A DNA stretch of 64,000 bases from Botryllus schlosseri (lineage: Eukaryota): positions 19,716,001-19,780,000 of the forward strand of contig CM119378.1 of the NCBI GenBank assembly GCA_051294905.1, given 5' to 3'. Positions 1 through 11,994 of this stretch are shown piece after piece. The notes beneath the pieces were generated by a model, which was given only the letters and a program-made list of their open reading frames with translations, was not told where the DNA came from and did not search any database. The position numbers were made by a program, and so were the translations under genes. The first letter of the stretch is position 1. Each line of letters begins with the position of its first letter.

Positions 1-616
1 ATTATCATTCTAGCATGCGCGTCCTTCCAGCTTTACACAATCGAGACCCAAACGTGAACATGTGTAAAGAAAGAAGCCAAACAGTTCGATAATATCCCAT
101 TCATTTAAGTGCGAAGAATGTTCAGCCGATCAATCATAGTCGAAAGGAAGCGTTACAGTGGAAGGAAGTGCATGGAGTTACGATTGTGGTACAATTGGTT
201 ACTTAGTGTTGCGCGTATCACAACAGCGGGTTGCAGTTGTGTCCTTCATGAACCTAACCATGTCGGCACACCAAGTTTGGTCGTTTTCTCCAACATCGAT
301 ATGTAATTAACAAATGGTTGTTGTTACCGTATGAAGCTACGGAGGATTGGGCCTTTTTTAGACACCCAGTTTACTAATTTGGGTTAGGCTACTGAGAGTG
401 CTTGAGTGTCCTTTATTTTATATTCATGTTAATGGGCTGATGGTAATCCTGACTACAGTCCTACTGGTATCTTAACTCCAACTTTACCGTGGCCATATCG
501 CTGCTATTACCCATACAAGACAGTAAGTTTAGGGATTCCAAAGGAAAAAAATCCCAACAGTTATTATATGACCCAAACCATGGAGACAATCATGAATCTG
601 GGTCAAAATTGCATAC

Positions 617-834
617 CTCCTGTATCAATGGCGTCGATCAGTGTATCTGTGTCCTTGCTTCTGATGCAGTCGATAAGCTGCCGATGAGATCTTTCGCCGC
701 CCAGCACTTCCAACCTGTTGAACGCCAAGTTCCGTCCTGCGCCCAACGCCATGACGTGCTTCGGTATTGCGTCACGGCCTTCGAACAGGATAATCAGCAC
801 CAGATCGGCCAGACGCATTGTATCGATGCAGCAT
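617..834 (-). CDS. HECTD1: HECTD1 coding exon 8
   Basis: Acceptor gtttgcag; [25 protein letters not shown]...[27 protein letters not shown]; donor GTATGC. Confidence 0.95.
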
Positions 835-3800
835 CTGCAAACATAGGGGTTAGCCCATCATGCACGTCGGGATTACACGTGAAATCACCTTTCGTCTCCT
901 TTCATGGCTTCGTCGATGGCCTGCGCCAAATCCAAGCGGATTATTTCCTGGTGTAAAAAAAACGAGGTATCAAAATGACGGAAAAACCATAATCTTGTAC
1001 TCCAATAACTTTGCTTCTACCGGTCGGAATTGAGCCAAATTTGCTATGCAGCATTTGCCCAGACCAGCGGTTCTCAACCGGGGGTCCGCGAAGCCTCCAA
1101 TGACTTGCAAGATGGTTGATTACCTAATTTGTATTTTCTATATTAAAGAAATCACGAGGAAGATTCGCTTCATAACCGCTAAGAATCAGGACTCGCGTAA
1201 ACAGAATGGCCGTCTGAAAAGAAATATTCTGCTGTGAAAACTCATTTTAATTTCTAAGATGCCGAATTTTAAAATTGTCTACTGATACAAACATATTCCC
1301 CGGTTTTGTTTCCAAAAATTCATTTCTTCTGGTCTATACATAACCGCTATTCCAGAATAACTTGAAGATGAGCTGCGAGACAGACGAGGCTCGGCGTTAT
1401 ATGCTCTTTAAAAATCTGTTTATCAATTTTGGTGCCATATATGTTGGAATCATATGAAAAGGTGTCGTCAAATTTGGTGTACAGCGTTTTAAGCCAACCT
1501 AACAATTTTTTCAAGTAGCCAGTAAAGCTTGAAGGGCAAAGTTATTATTGAACAAGGATAGTATATAAGATATTCAGATAATGCTATGAAGATCATACAT
1601 AACTTCATGCCCTTCCTAGTTTGAACACTCAGCCAGGGATATCTAGAGTTTTAGATCACTGACTCAGCTAATCCGGTTCCGCTTGACAAATTTCTATGTT
1701 TATTTTCTCTCCATCAGTTGATGAAATAATATCTTCTCTCTCACTCTCTATATATATATTTCTCTTTATCTCTCTCTCTCACTTTATCTCTGAACAGATT
1801 CCTTTCTCTGACACTGCTGCTCAGGGGCCTCTCACATCTGTGTTGGTCGTTCTGTTTGCGTAGTGTGTTTGCCATGGTTTTGGTTGCATAGTTGAATGAG
1901 CGCTTGAACGGGTTTGTCCGTAATTCTTGGAAATCAGCATCAAACGGTGGACTACTGAATATGGATTTCAAAAGGCTAGCACTCGACTCATAATCAAGTC
2001 CATAATGGTTGATTTTTGCCAAGCGTCACTTACTGTTAGCCGAGATTTATTCAGGATTTTTCTTCACCAGATAAAATATACAGGCTTTACATCCACGAGA
2101 TCAGCATAACGCTAAAGTCCGACTAGGTACCACCAGAATTAATCCTCTCTCGCGCGCTATTGAAATACAAGCAACTATTTGGTCTAAAATAAATAACGGA
2201 AATCCACTACACATAAGAGGAAGCTTGTCCAATCCATGTATTATCAGCATTCACGTACGCACTTAACTCCAACAAATTGATGCTATCATGACTACACGCC
2301 AGGTGCCCAGACCTAGATTTATGGACATATTATTGTATCAAAAATCCATCAGAAAAATCAAGGTAATTATCACAGTATCCAACTTACATGAGTTATGGAA
2401 GGCGACCCACGACACAAGGTAATCAAAAGATTGATGATAGTCGTCAGTCCAAAGCTGTTTTTCTGATCTGGGGTCGACCCCGGCGTGGTCCCGGTAGCAC
2501 CTTTACCGCTGACGGGCACTCTCGATAAACCACAGCTGGAAGAAAATAATAAAGTTTCTGTATGATAGCCTACCCAAAGGCCTGCATACACTGGTACCAG
2601 AGAGTTGAGAATGCATTTGGAAAACACAGTATGCCCTACTAATTCATTTGGCCGTATTTCACACGATTTTGGCATTTGATATTTCTAGGAATTTTTGAGA
2701 TTAGGTTTTCGCTTTACGTGTGGCTTTCGGATGAATTTAGGTATGAGAGTCACCATGAAATTGCCTTTTGAATATATGAAAGTTGAAATCCTAACAAGGA
2801 TTTGGATTTGATACACAATTGAATAATATATTTGAATTGAAATAAAGCTGAATATTTTCGGCTGATACTCGTCAGGGGTAATAGTCAGCAAGTAGTAGGC
2901 AATTGGAAAGAACATAGTATATCAACAACTGTATCAGCAAATATGTCTTCACGGGCATGAAATTGCGATTAATCAAGGCGAAGAGATCGCTCAACCTCAA
3001 TGTACCATCCTTAGATGATACACGAACTCAGTCTTTTGACACTTACAAGTGTCAAAATTGCATTACGTTGGTATATTTTTATAAAAGTCCACTCCAAGGC
3101 TAACAAATAAAAGTGTAACAGCCTCTGCCAAGGAGCTAAATCTGTTGTCTGGATAATATTCGCAATTACAGAATTATCTATCAAATGTTTGTCGACGGCA
3201 AAATTCATGGCCGTTGCCTGATCTGATTCAAGGATGACCTTTTCTCCGAGCGTGATGTGCGTGTTCTAAGAAATCTAGGGACATGCTATCTTATGCGGCC
3301 CTGAAAACGTGTAGTTCGTCCCACGGAGCCACAATCACAGTGACATTTGTATTCACAGGGCTTGAAGATACTAGATTTGGTTATCTCAAATACCAGTGTA
3401 CACTGTGTAAGTGTACACTACAACATTACTATTGTTGCAATGCTAATAAGGCAACAAGGCACAGTCAAGGTAAGACATGGATAAGCTCCTCGCGAACGAA
3501 ATGGAGAACACCTTACTTTGCTAATCGTTTCACCAGCTCTTTCGTCAGGCCGTGCGCATCTAGCGGCGCGGGATCTATACTTTTGCGAGTAAAGCGTTCC
3601 GCCAGTGTCGAAAAACACCGCAAGGATCCATCGGAAACCTAAATTTAAAGCAACAAAAAATGCAACTACATGCAGATAGATATTGCGAACTCATACCGAA
3701 CATAGCACAGAATCGAAACCAGGGAACATTATTTTTATGTAGTGCAATCCCGGTGTAATACATCATAACAATACTGGCATACAAGGGCAACTAAACCATT

Positions 3801-6800
3801 TTAGTTACAGAGAAATGCCTGTAATCTAATTCTAATTTAATTTGTGAAATGTTTCTGGTTTGCTGAAAATGCTACAGAACGGCATAGTGTGAAACTCGCC
3901 GAGCTTGGTGTACAGACATTGCATTCTCTTACGAGAACAAATTCTAACTTGATATGAACTGAGCTTCTTTCTACTTTGAAATTTCGATTCAATTTCCAAG
4001 TTTTTGCGAATTCAGTATTTCTAATCTAATCAAATTAGGAGAAGCTTGAATTTTTTCGTTGTTGTCTGACCCCAACTGCCCAAAGCATGATTACAAATTG
4101 CATCTAAGAATGGAGTAGGATAAGTAGGCTACAAAAAGACTAGATTATTATGATTAAAATCACTCGAGTCCTCGATATAGAATTGAAGAAATTGATTTTC
4201 TGAGTCCACATCGATATAGGCCTACTTCCTGTACTGTTCCCAGTAAAATAAAAACTATGTAATAGTAGCATACGCCTGTCGCGCATGCATTACTGTCAGA
4301 TACATCAATACATTTGTTTGTCAAGTCATATGACTCAAGCTACAAAATAGCAGGCAAACAGTGGTATGACAAAACTATACCAACCGAAGGATCTTCACTG
4401 TGCAGTAATGACGATAACGACCGAACACTGTCTGGCAACGTCTCGCTGGACGGCTCCACTTTACCACAAAGTCTCGTCACGACCGACATTGCAGAGTGGA
4501 GTGTATCCTGAAGAAGTACAATTTCGTTACAGACATTGCCGAAGAAAAAAATTCGACAGGGCATTTACGCGTCAAACACTGAACAACAGGCCTATGTTCA
4601 AGCACGAATTGAAGTACGGTATGCACAGATCTTGTTATTCGCATTCACATACCCTATCACAGACTTTCTACTGCTATCACAGCTAACGCTTCAACAACTG
4701 CAGAATTTTTATTTCCTTGCTTCAAAAATCGAAAATTATTTAACTCAAGAATTGTAATTTAGGTACGGCCCGGGGATAGCTCAAGAGGGGAAGTAATAGT
4801 TTAGTGATATATCTCCTGAATTACACGCAACATTCAACATTCAAGTCAACAATTACAATTCCTTGGCAAGATTACAAGCATCAATCAAAAACCATTTATA
4901 AGATTAGAAATAATGAAAACCCATTTGAACCACACTAGTATCTATCCAACTAGGGATGGCATGTTTGGTATGCAAACCTCGATTATTCAGAGGTTCTCAT
5001 TTGCAATGAAAACTTTGTAGGTTCTATCCTGTGAACGTTTTTGTGAAATACCTGTGTCTTAACATCTTAGCACCTAATCTTGGCGTATATTATCAAAATT
5101 CCATGGATTTCAACCTCATAATTCGCTGTATGGCAGGAAGAAAGCAAATTCAACACAGTCATTGTTGTCATCAATTACACTGATTTATGTGAATGTTGCT
5201 TGACCATAAAATGACCATTTTGACCAATCACGACCTTGCACTTGTGAATAAAACTACTAAATTAGGGCTATGTATCCGTGTGTGGTCGCAGAGTTATCTG
5301 TGTCTGATGGGACGAAAATGGCAGGCATATATTTGGGTCAGTGGTCGAAAATAGTTCCTGGGCTTTGAAGATTCTCATCCCTACAATACTGTGTGCAAAC
5401 TAGGGTCCTTACTGGCACAAAGTGACTTTGGATCCATTAGAAATTAATCAGCAAATTGATAGAACATCTCGTTTAAGCCATGCATTTACATGCCGGGTCT
5501 TTATGTCAAGTATGTACTCTGATTAATGACTACTACTTAGGCAATATCTTATGCTATAGACAGGGTGGACAAAAATTGAGGAATTGAAAAACTAAATATG
5601 GATTTCCAAAAACAGGGGGCGGGTTGTAAGATATGCCAACCATAACCGCATGCACATTGCCCTCGCATACATATGTCTGGAATTAACATTATGACGTCAT
5701 GTGATGTCATAGATTCTTGTTTATATGTGGTCAGAGAGAACCTTTTTACAAAAGTTTGTGTTCCCATGAGGCACAACCTTACAGAGGTTCACACATTCTC
5801 GAATCTCAATCTAAGGGACAATAACAAGCACTTCAGTCATTCTATTTGAAAAAGGTATTATCAGGGTCAATTATACAGTACATAGCTGACTTAACAGGCC
5901 AGCTGTGTTGGAGCATATGATGATGCAATAACGATTAGGTGAGATGAAAATATGGCTCAAATGAACACATATATTCAACTTTCCATTGCTATATTGCAAA
6001 TAGCTTAAAAATAGCCAACACAACAACACAGAAAAACATCACAATACTTTTAAGCAGGGTTATTTCCACTTCAGTTAAAGTTAGGAAGAACTGGTAATAT
6101 TAACTAGCGTGAAGGGGCTAATCCGTATGTGCAAATAATACAACAAAAGGCACCTTGTGGATGATAGAATCACACTGACAAATGAATGTCAAAGTTGAGG
6201 TAAGTCCGCCTGCATCATAAACGGCACCAGGCTCTCGGGTGCAAATGAACTCCAATACCTGTAGAGCAAGTCAAACAATTACATTGTGACATGTCATAAG
6301 AACTGAAAACGGTAGACTTGTCATGGGCGCGATAAATTTGACGCAGTAATACTTTCATCAACACGGTAGTTTGTTATCAATAAACTCATTCAATCTACCT
6401 GTTCACAGTCACTAGCAATAAGCACTAGGTTGTTATGTTCTGTAGGCCTACCTTGTACATTCCCATACGCAAATAGTGGCAGAATTCCCATCAAAGGTTA
6501 AACCATGGCCCGACAAAATTAAATAATAGGCTATACAGGGTAGACAGGGAAGGCAACTTAGGTTTCAATAGAACTACGAATTATGCACGACCATGAATTG
6601 CTTGTCAGTAAAATCATACAAATAATGCAAAACCTGATCTAGAGTCATTCATGACATCAATGATTATGTTCCTTTTCAGATAATGACACAGAAATTCAGA
6701 TAAGATGACTAAATGTGATGTAGGGACGTGGTAGAAGATTCCCTTGGCCTGTTTATTACTCATGTATCCCAACATGGAAAAATGCTCCAACCCAGATTAC

Positions 6801-8984
6801 TAAGGAGTGAGCAGATCATTAAACCTCTACTGGAGAGATCCATTGAAAAGAAAATATTAGCATGAGCTGCATGACCCACCTTGATACATTGTTCTGACAA
6901 ATCTCTACTAGTCCTGTCTTGAGGATCAACCATAACAAGTCGATTGCAGATAGCCTTGACTGCGCCATCGACAGCGACAATTCGTCTGGTACACTCGGCA
7001 GACACATCAAGGTAATATGTGACTGCCCGCGCGGTGACTTCAAGGACATTTTCAGGAGCAGTTTCATCCAGAAAGATCTTGCAGAGAGCAGGAAGAAAGC
7101 TCCTGGGCGGGCACCTGCAGAAAATAAGGCCATTCTGTATTTTCACTCAAGGAACCGGCATATTATACAACATAACAGATAGTAATTAATGTATGTTGAG
7201 CAATATCTCCCTCATGTGGCTTAAACGATTAAAACCTAATTTTAGGTAAAAATCTATGCTCAAGGCAAAACTTAACATTTGAGTGAGGCTTTAGCAGAAT
7301 GAAGTTACAAGTTTATTTCCTAAGCTGACCCAAAGTCAAAAGTCCTAATCGGTTTCAGTGATAATGGGCAAGTTTAAAAATCAGAAAACACACCAGCACT
7401 CAGCGATGTTAGATCTGAGAGAAAATTTATTATGCAATGTTGCACCATTTCGCGTCATACTTATCACATGTGTTGATATTAGCAATCAGATATCAATGAC
7501 TATCCCTCTAAAATCGATCATAGAGCATTATTTGCTGTAAATTGCCAACAGAAGTAATCAATTGGATAGACCTACTGGTCTCGAAATCTATTTCAGCACA
7601 AAATTATAATGAGAAAGTCATCTCTGCACTGATATGATTATTCCATCTCTGGCCAGACAACTTTTTGATGGCCAATGGCGAGTCATGAAAGGATTACCTC
7701 ATTCGTTTGACAGCATGACTCATGGAAATTGTCAAACTATCAGTAAGACTGAGGCATTAGATTAAAGCAAGGCCAGGAATATATGCTCCAATAGTATTGA
7801 AGACACAATCCAAAAATAAAATTCCATGTACAATGTACATCAAGTAACCAAAATTACAGGTCTTATTCCAACAAGACTGAAACTAGAAGTAATTGATGAA
7901 TGTGTACAAGAGACATGCCCAACATCAGTAATCATACAAATTGGAAAGTGAACTACAAGGATAAGAGTCCTCCTGACTGTTTTAATAATGTATTCATTAT
8001 TATCAAAGAATTAGGCCACTGTATCTAGTCAATAGGTCATTAGGGCATGTACAGGAATTTAAGGCCAGCGCTTGCATGGAACACAGCTATAGTGCCTACA
8101 TAATTTTCGCATATCCAGACGAACAGAAACAAACAATTCGATCTGATCAAAATATTTCCAAATACAGCTACTTCTAAGATAAATGTTTAGATGTGTAATA
8201 TACAAGCTCTTTTTTCTACACCATGTCAATTAAATTGTTCAGATTTCTATATCAGAAAACATTCGGTCAATCCAGAATACTGACTAAAATACACTACAAT
8301 ACCATTTCTTTACACACCACAAAATTTTTACCCTGTTCACCCGACAAAACTATTGAGCTATACATTTACTATCTGGGAGCTTTGAATGCAAGGATATACA
8401 AATTTAAGATTGAAAGAAAATTGGGGCCATCTATAAAGGAATCAATGAGTAGGATCATATAATCTGACTAGTGTCAAAAATCGGATTAATAGCTAAGAAA
8501 CAACACTAAATTTTAGTGAAAGGGACCAGTAAAACAAGCAAGGTTCTTCAGTGGACTGGTGGTCATAATCTATAACAGACTGATTGCAAATTAAGCAACA
8601 GTGGGATTATTGAAGCGTGTTTTAAATTAGTTTGACACATAATATGCTTCTGGGCATTATCTATGCAACATATCAGTACCCTAATTTACACTAATTGCAG
8701 AAATGGATTACGTTTCCGAGTCAAGATAGCACAAAATTAGATAAAAAAGACAACAAAGTAGCTCAGAGAATGAAAAAACGTGGGACGGTATTCATACACA
8801 AGCCTGACGCGAGTAGACATCCAACTGACACACAGGGTACTTACATTTCAAAGCATCTATCCACATTATCCGACATGAGCAATAGCATGCATAGCTGTTC
8901 TAACGCAATGAGCTGCATGTCCCTCTCCTCCCCAACACCCATCTGAAGCCATTCCAGCAACGTGTCAGGATCCACATCAGCCAT
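617..8984 (-). CDS. HECTD1: E3 ubiquitin ligase HECTD1, 5' portion (8 coding exons; continues beyond the left edge)
   Basis: Spliced translation [16 protein letters not shown]...[17 protein letters not shown]...[18 protein letters not shown] matches the vertebrate HECTD1 N-terminus as recalled. All seven internal introns are GT-AG with consistent phases. Confidence 0.96.
889..947 (-). CDS. HECTD1: HECTD1 coding exon 7 (59 nt)
   Basis: Acceptor tttacaccag; [19 protein letters not shown](R); donor GTGATT; followed by a 54-nt intron (835-888). Confidence 0.9.
1733..1790. repeat. (TC)n/(TA)n microsatellite in HECTD1 intron
   Basis: Interrupted tctctc/tatata runs read directly. Confidence 0.7.
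2388..2535 (-). CDS. HECTD1: HECTD1 coding exon 6
   Basis: Acceptor ttttcttccag; ...[20 protein letters not shown]; donor GTAAGT. Confidence 0.92.
3517..3638 (-). CDS. HECTD1: HECTD1 coding exon 5
   Basis: Acceptor aatttag; [40 protein letters not shown]; donor GTAAGG. Confidence 0.93.
4385..4507 (-). CDS. HECTD1: HECTD1 coding exon 4
   Basis: Acceptor cttcttcag; [19 protein letters not shown]...HSEDPS; donor GTTGGT gives the phase 0 required by the next exon. Confidence 0.92.
6154..6258 (-). CDS. HECTD1: HECTD1 coding exon 3 (not in the ORF track)
   Basis: Acceptor ctctacag; [35 protein letters not shown]; donor GTGCCT. Confidence 0.92.
6880..7114 (-). CDS. HECTD1: HECTD1 coding exon 2
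   Basis: Acceptor ttttctgcag; (M)[14 protein letters not shown]...[10 protein letters not shown]; donor GTGGGT. Confidence 0.95.
8845..8984 (-). CDS. HECTD1: HECTD1 coding exon 1
   Basis: ATG at 8984; [46 protein letters not shown]; donor GTAAGT at 8844 (phase 2). Confidence 0.95.
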
Positions 8985-10596
8985 TATTTGAAACGAATCC
9001 GGTGCCGGCTGGCAGCAGATTGAATGTTTATTTATAATAGACACTTGAAGGTCTTTCTTAGTACGGCACACCAAGAGGTCTTTTAATTCACTATCCTAGT
9101 CTCATTATAACACCAAGAATTTGTATCTGAATAGAGATAGTTACGATTAAACAGATATAAGCAGCAGGGAACGTTTGTTTTCGTCTGCATGTAGGTGCTT
9201 GGACTGTGTAGATGTGAAGGAATAGGATTGTTATAGTGTCAATACAGTTTATTCTTTTACCACACACGTGGGATTAGAAAATGTTATCCATTCGATGGGA
9301 ATATCAAAGCCGGAAAGTTTTTTCACTCCTATTTGTTAATTAGATATTCGAGGCTGACATAGGCCTACCATGAATCGGGCGAACTAAAATTACATCACAC
9401 ATTCGCATCAGTTTATTCAATCTTGCGTAAATGCTTCCCAGGTTGACGCACAAAATACGTCTTGTGGTAATACATGAATTGGTAAAATATATATATATAT
9501 AATCATTATATTAAATAAGCTTGCTTGCATATATCTGTAATGCGCAAGTCCGTCGCTGTATTCCGGTATTGCTTTTTTCAGGAAATTCTCTCGTCTGGAG
9601 CTAAGACCGAGACAAAACAACTCTTTAATCTCTATCTAGTTCTCAAATTCGAGAACGAAGCAACAAAGATTTTGCTCGCGTATCCATATACACAATCACT
9701 ACACATTTATTGCATGCCAACAAAATACCCTAGAACTGTGTATTGATAGATTGTCAGATGCAACTTCCATCGAGTGAGCAATGAAGTGCGTACTGGTGAA
9801 GATAAGGTTCCCCTCTATTACATAAAGATGATAACCACACATATTACTGCGATGAATAAGGAATATTTTGGCAGGTAAAGCAGTATATATCACTGGGATG
9901 AAACGGCATAAAATCAATTGCTATGTCATGTCAGCGTATAGCAGCGGCCGGGAACCTATGGCTCGCGAGCCATATATGGCTCTTTTGGGTATAAGATATG
10001 GCTCTTTGCCAAATAAATATTTTTTGTTCCTGAATTGATCAATATTGCAGCAACTTGTTAGTAAATTTTCATCACGACCACAATAATTATTCTCGTGAGC
10101 GTATAAACATTAGGGTGGAGTGAAAAATGGAAAATTTTGAATTTCAAAACGGACACTTGATATGTGGTGCCAAATTTCCAAAAAATATTTTCTATAATAA
10201 TTTTGGGCTCGTGCACCCTCTAGTGGTCGTGCAATTTCACCGAACGTGCCAAAAATAGCCAATTTCGCTATATATGGATGACTGCTTACGCTAGAAAGCT
10301 GATTTTTGGGCTTAAAAGATGCAGAAGCAACAAGTTTCTATCTTACCTCCATAGAACTTTGTCTTAAAAATGAACAGAAAAAAAGTTCGAAGCAAATTAT
10401 TGATTTTTAGACTGTTTTTCAGGAAAATGAGACACTGAAGCAGTGGGTACGAGGTCAAAAGCGTGTAGTGATTGAACTTATGACCGTCAACTCCATATTG
10501 AAAGCAGATAAATTGCAAATCCATATTGAAAACTTAAAATCATCAATTCTATATTGAATAAAGTTAGATTTCAAAGATGGTTTTGCTACCAAAGTA

Positions 10597-11130
10597 TTAG
10601 TCTGCACAAACTTTGAAATCTTGTTTCGAATTAAAGGATTTCATCTGCCTTCGAGACTTCAGTTTTTGTCTGATTAAGCCATCTCTAGCTACGTTTATAT
10701 CCGACACATGAGCATATGCTACGGTCAACGTGTTAATTTCACTTTCCACTGCCTGACTGTGCCAAGGATGATTGAGCCTTAATGGTGATGGCCTTAGATT
10801 TTCCAGCTCGAGATATAACAAATTTTTCATTGCTGGTGGCTGTTCCACATCTATTAGATTCAAGTTGACAATTTGGTGGTATGATTTGGCCTTGATGTTT
10901 ATGATTGGGATTTTAAACAATCTGATCCTAGTGTCAAGGTTGTTTTTAGGTTTTGGTTGATTAACATATTCTCTTTCAAAGTAGCCAATTGGAGTCTGGT
11001 ATTCTGTTCGATCTGCTTATAGTTGTAATCTTGTTAACTGCAAGTCTTCTGAGGCCTTCATCATCATCAGCGAGCATTCCCAGAAAACAACATTTTCTGG
11101 ATGTGCAAAATATGCGTTTCGTTGTACCAT
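10597..11130 (-). pseudogene. hATm-like transposase C-terminal relic (left arm)
   Basis: Frameshifted VQRNAYFAHPENVV...GMLADDDEGLRRLAVNKI...PWHSQAVE...RDGLIRQKLKSRRQMKSFNSKQDF, matching recalled hATm motifs (NAYFAHPEN, PCHSQAVER, RDGFIR). Confidence 0.75.
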
Positions 11131-11551
11131 TACTCATTTACATGTTGATATGATACCATTCGAGCCTACACCAATGGTGGAGGAGTATATAAACTATATT
11201 CGAATTCAATTTCAATAAAACAAGAGGTTTGGCTAAGGTATAAGAACAGAAAACAGAAATGAATATTATGCTATTAAAATACCTCAATTAAGAGCAAGGT
11301 TACGAAATCATGTATCAGAAAGCTTTGTAACATAGGAAACTATGTTGTAGAAGTTTATAGCATGATCAACAATGGAAATGTGCATTTTATTTCAAACAAT
11401 GACCGAAAATAAACCTCCATGCAGAAGTTTGAGGTTCTATGTGCGACAGAGTCATCTATCAAGCAATCTGAAATATCTTGTTCAATTCTGCATGGAGGTT
11501 CATTTTCGGTCATGGTTTGAAATAAAAATGCACAATTCCATTGTTGATGGT

Positions 11552-11994
11552 TGAAGGCCTCAGAAGACTTGCAGTGAACAAGATTACAACTATGAGCAGA
11601 TCAAACAGAATACCAGACTCCGATTGGCGACTTTGAAGGAGGATATGATAATAAAACGAAACCTAAAAACAACGTTGGCACTAGAATCAGATTGTTTGAA
11701 GTCCCAATTATAAACATCAAGGCCGAGTCATGCTACTAAATTGTCAACTTGAATCTAAAAGATGTGGAACAGCCACCAGCAATGAAAAACTTGAGCTGGA
11801 AAATCTAAGGTGATCACCATTAAGGCTCAATCATCCTTGGCACAGTGGAAAGAGACGTTAAAATGGTGACTGAAGCATCTGCCTATGTGTTGGGATTTAA
11901 ACGTAGAGATGGCCTCCTCAGACAAAAACTGAACTCTCGAAAGCAGATGAGATTCTTTAATACAAAACAAGACTTCAAAGTTTGTGCAGACTGA
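11552..11994 (+). pseudogene. hATm-like transposase C-terminal relic (right arm)
   Basis: FEVPIINIKAES...EQPPAMK...VERDVKMVTEASAYVLGFKRRDGLLRQKLNSRKQMRFFNTKQDFKVCAD* with internal stops. Confidence 0.75.

Noticed and set aside
1741-2022. 93-aa ORF in HECTD1 intron 6 as an alternative exon or nested gene
   Set aside because: No recognisable homology, its 3' end is a microsatellite, and exons 6 and 7 already join in frame.
6602-6660. C/D box snoRNA in HECTD1 intron 2
   Set aside because: The C box is non-canonical (ATGAATGA) and the span to CTGA is only about 50 nt.
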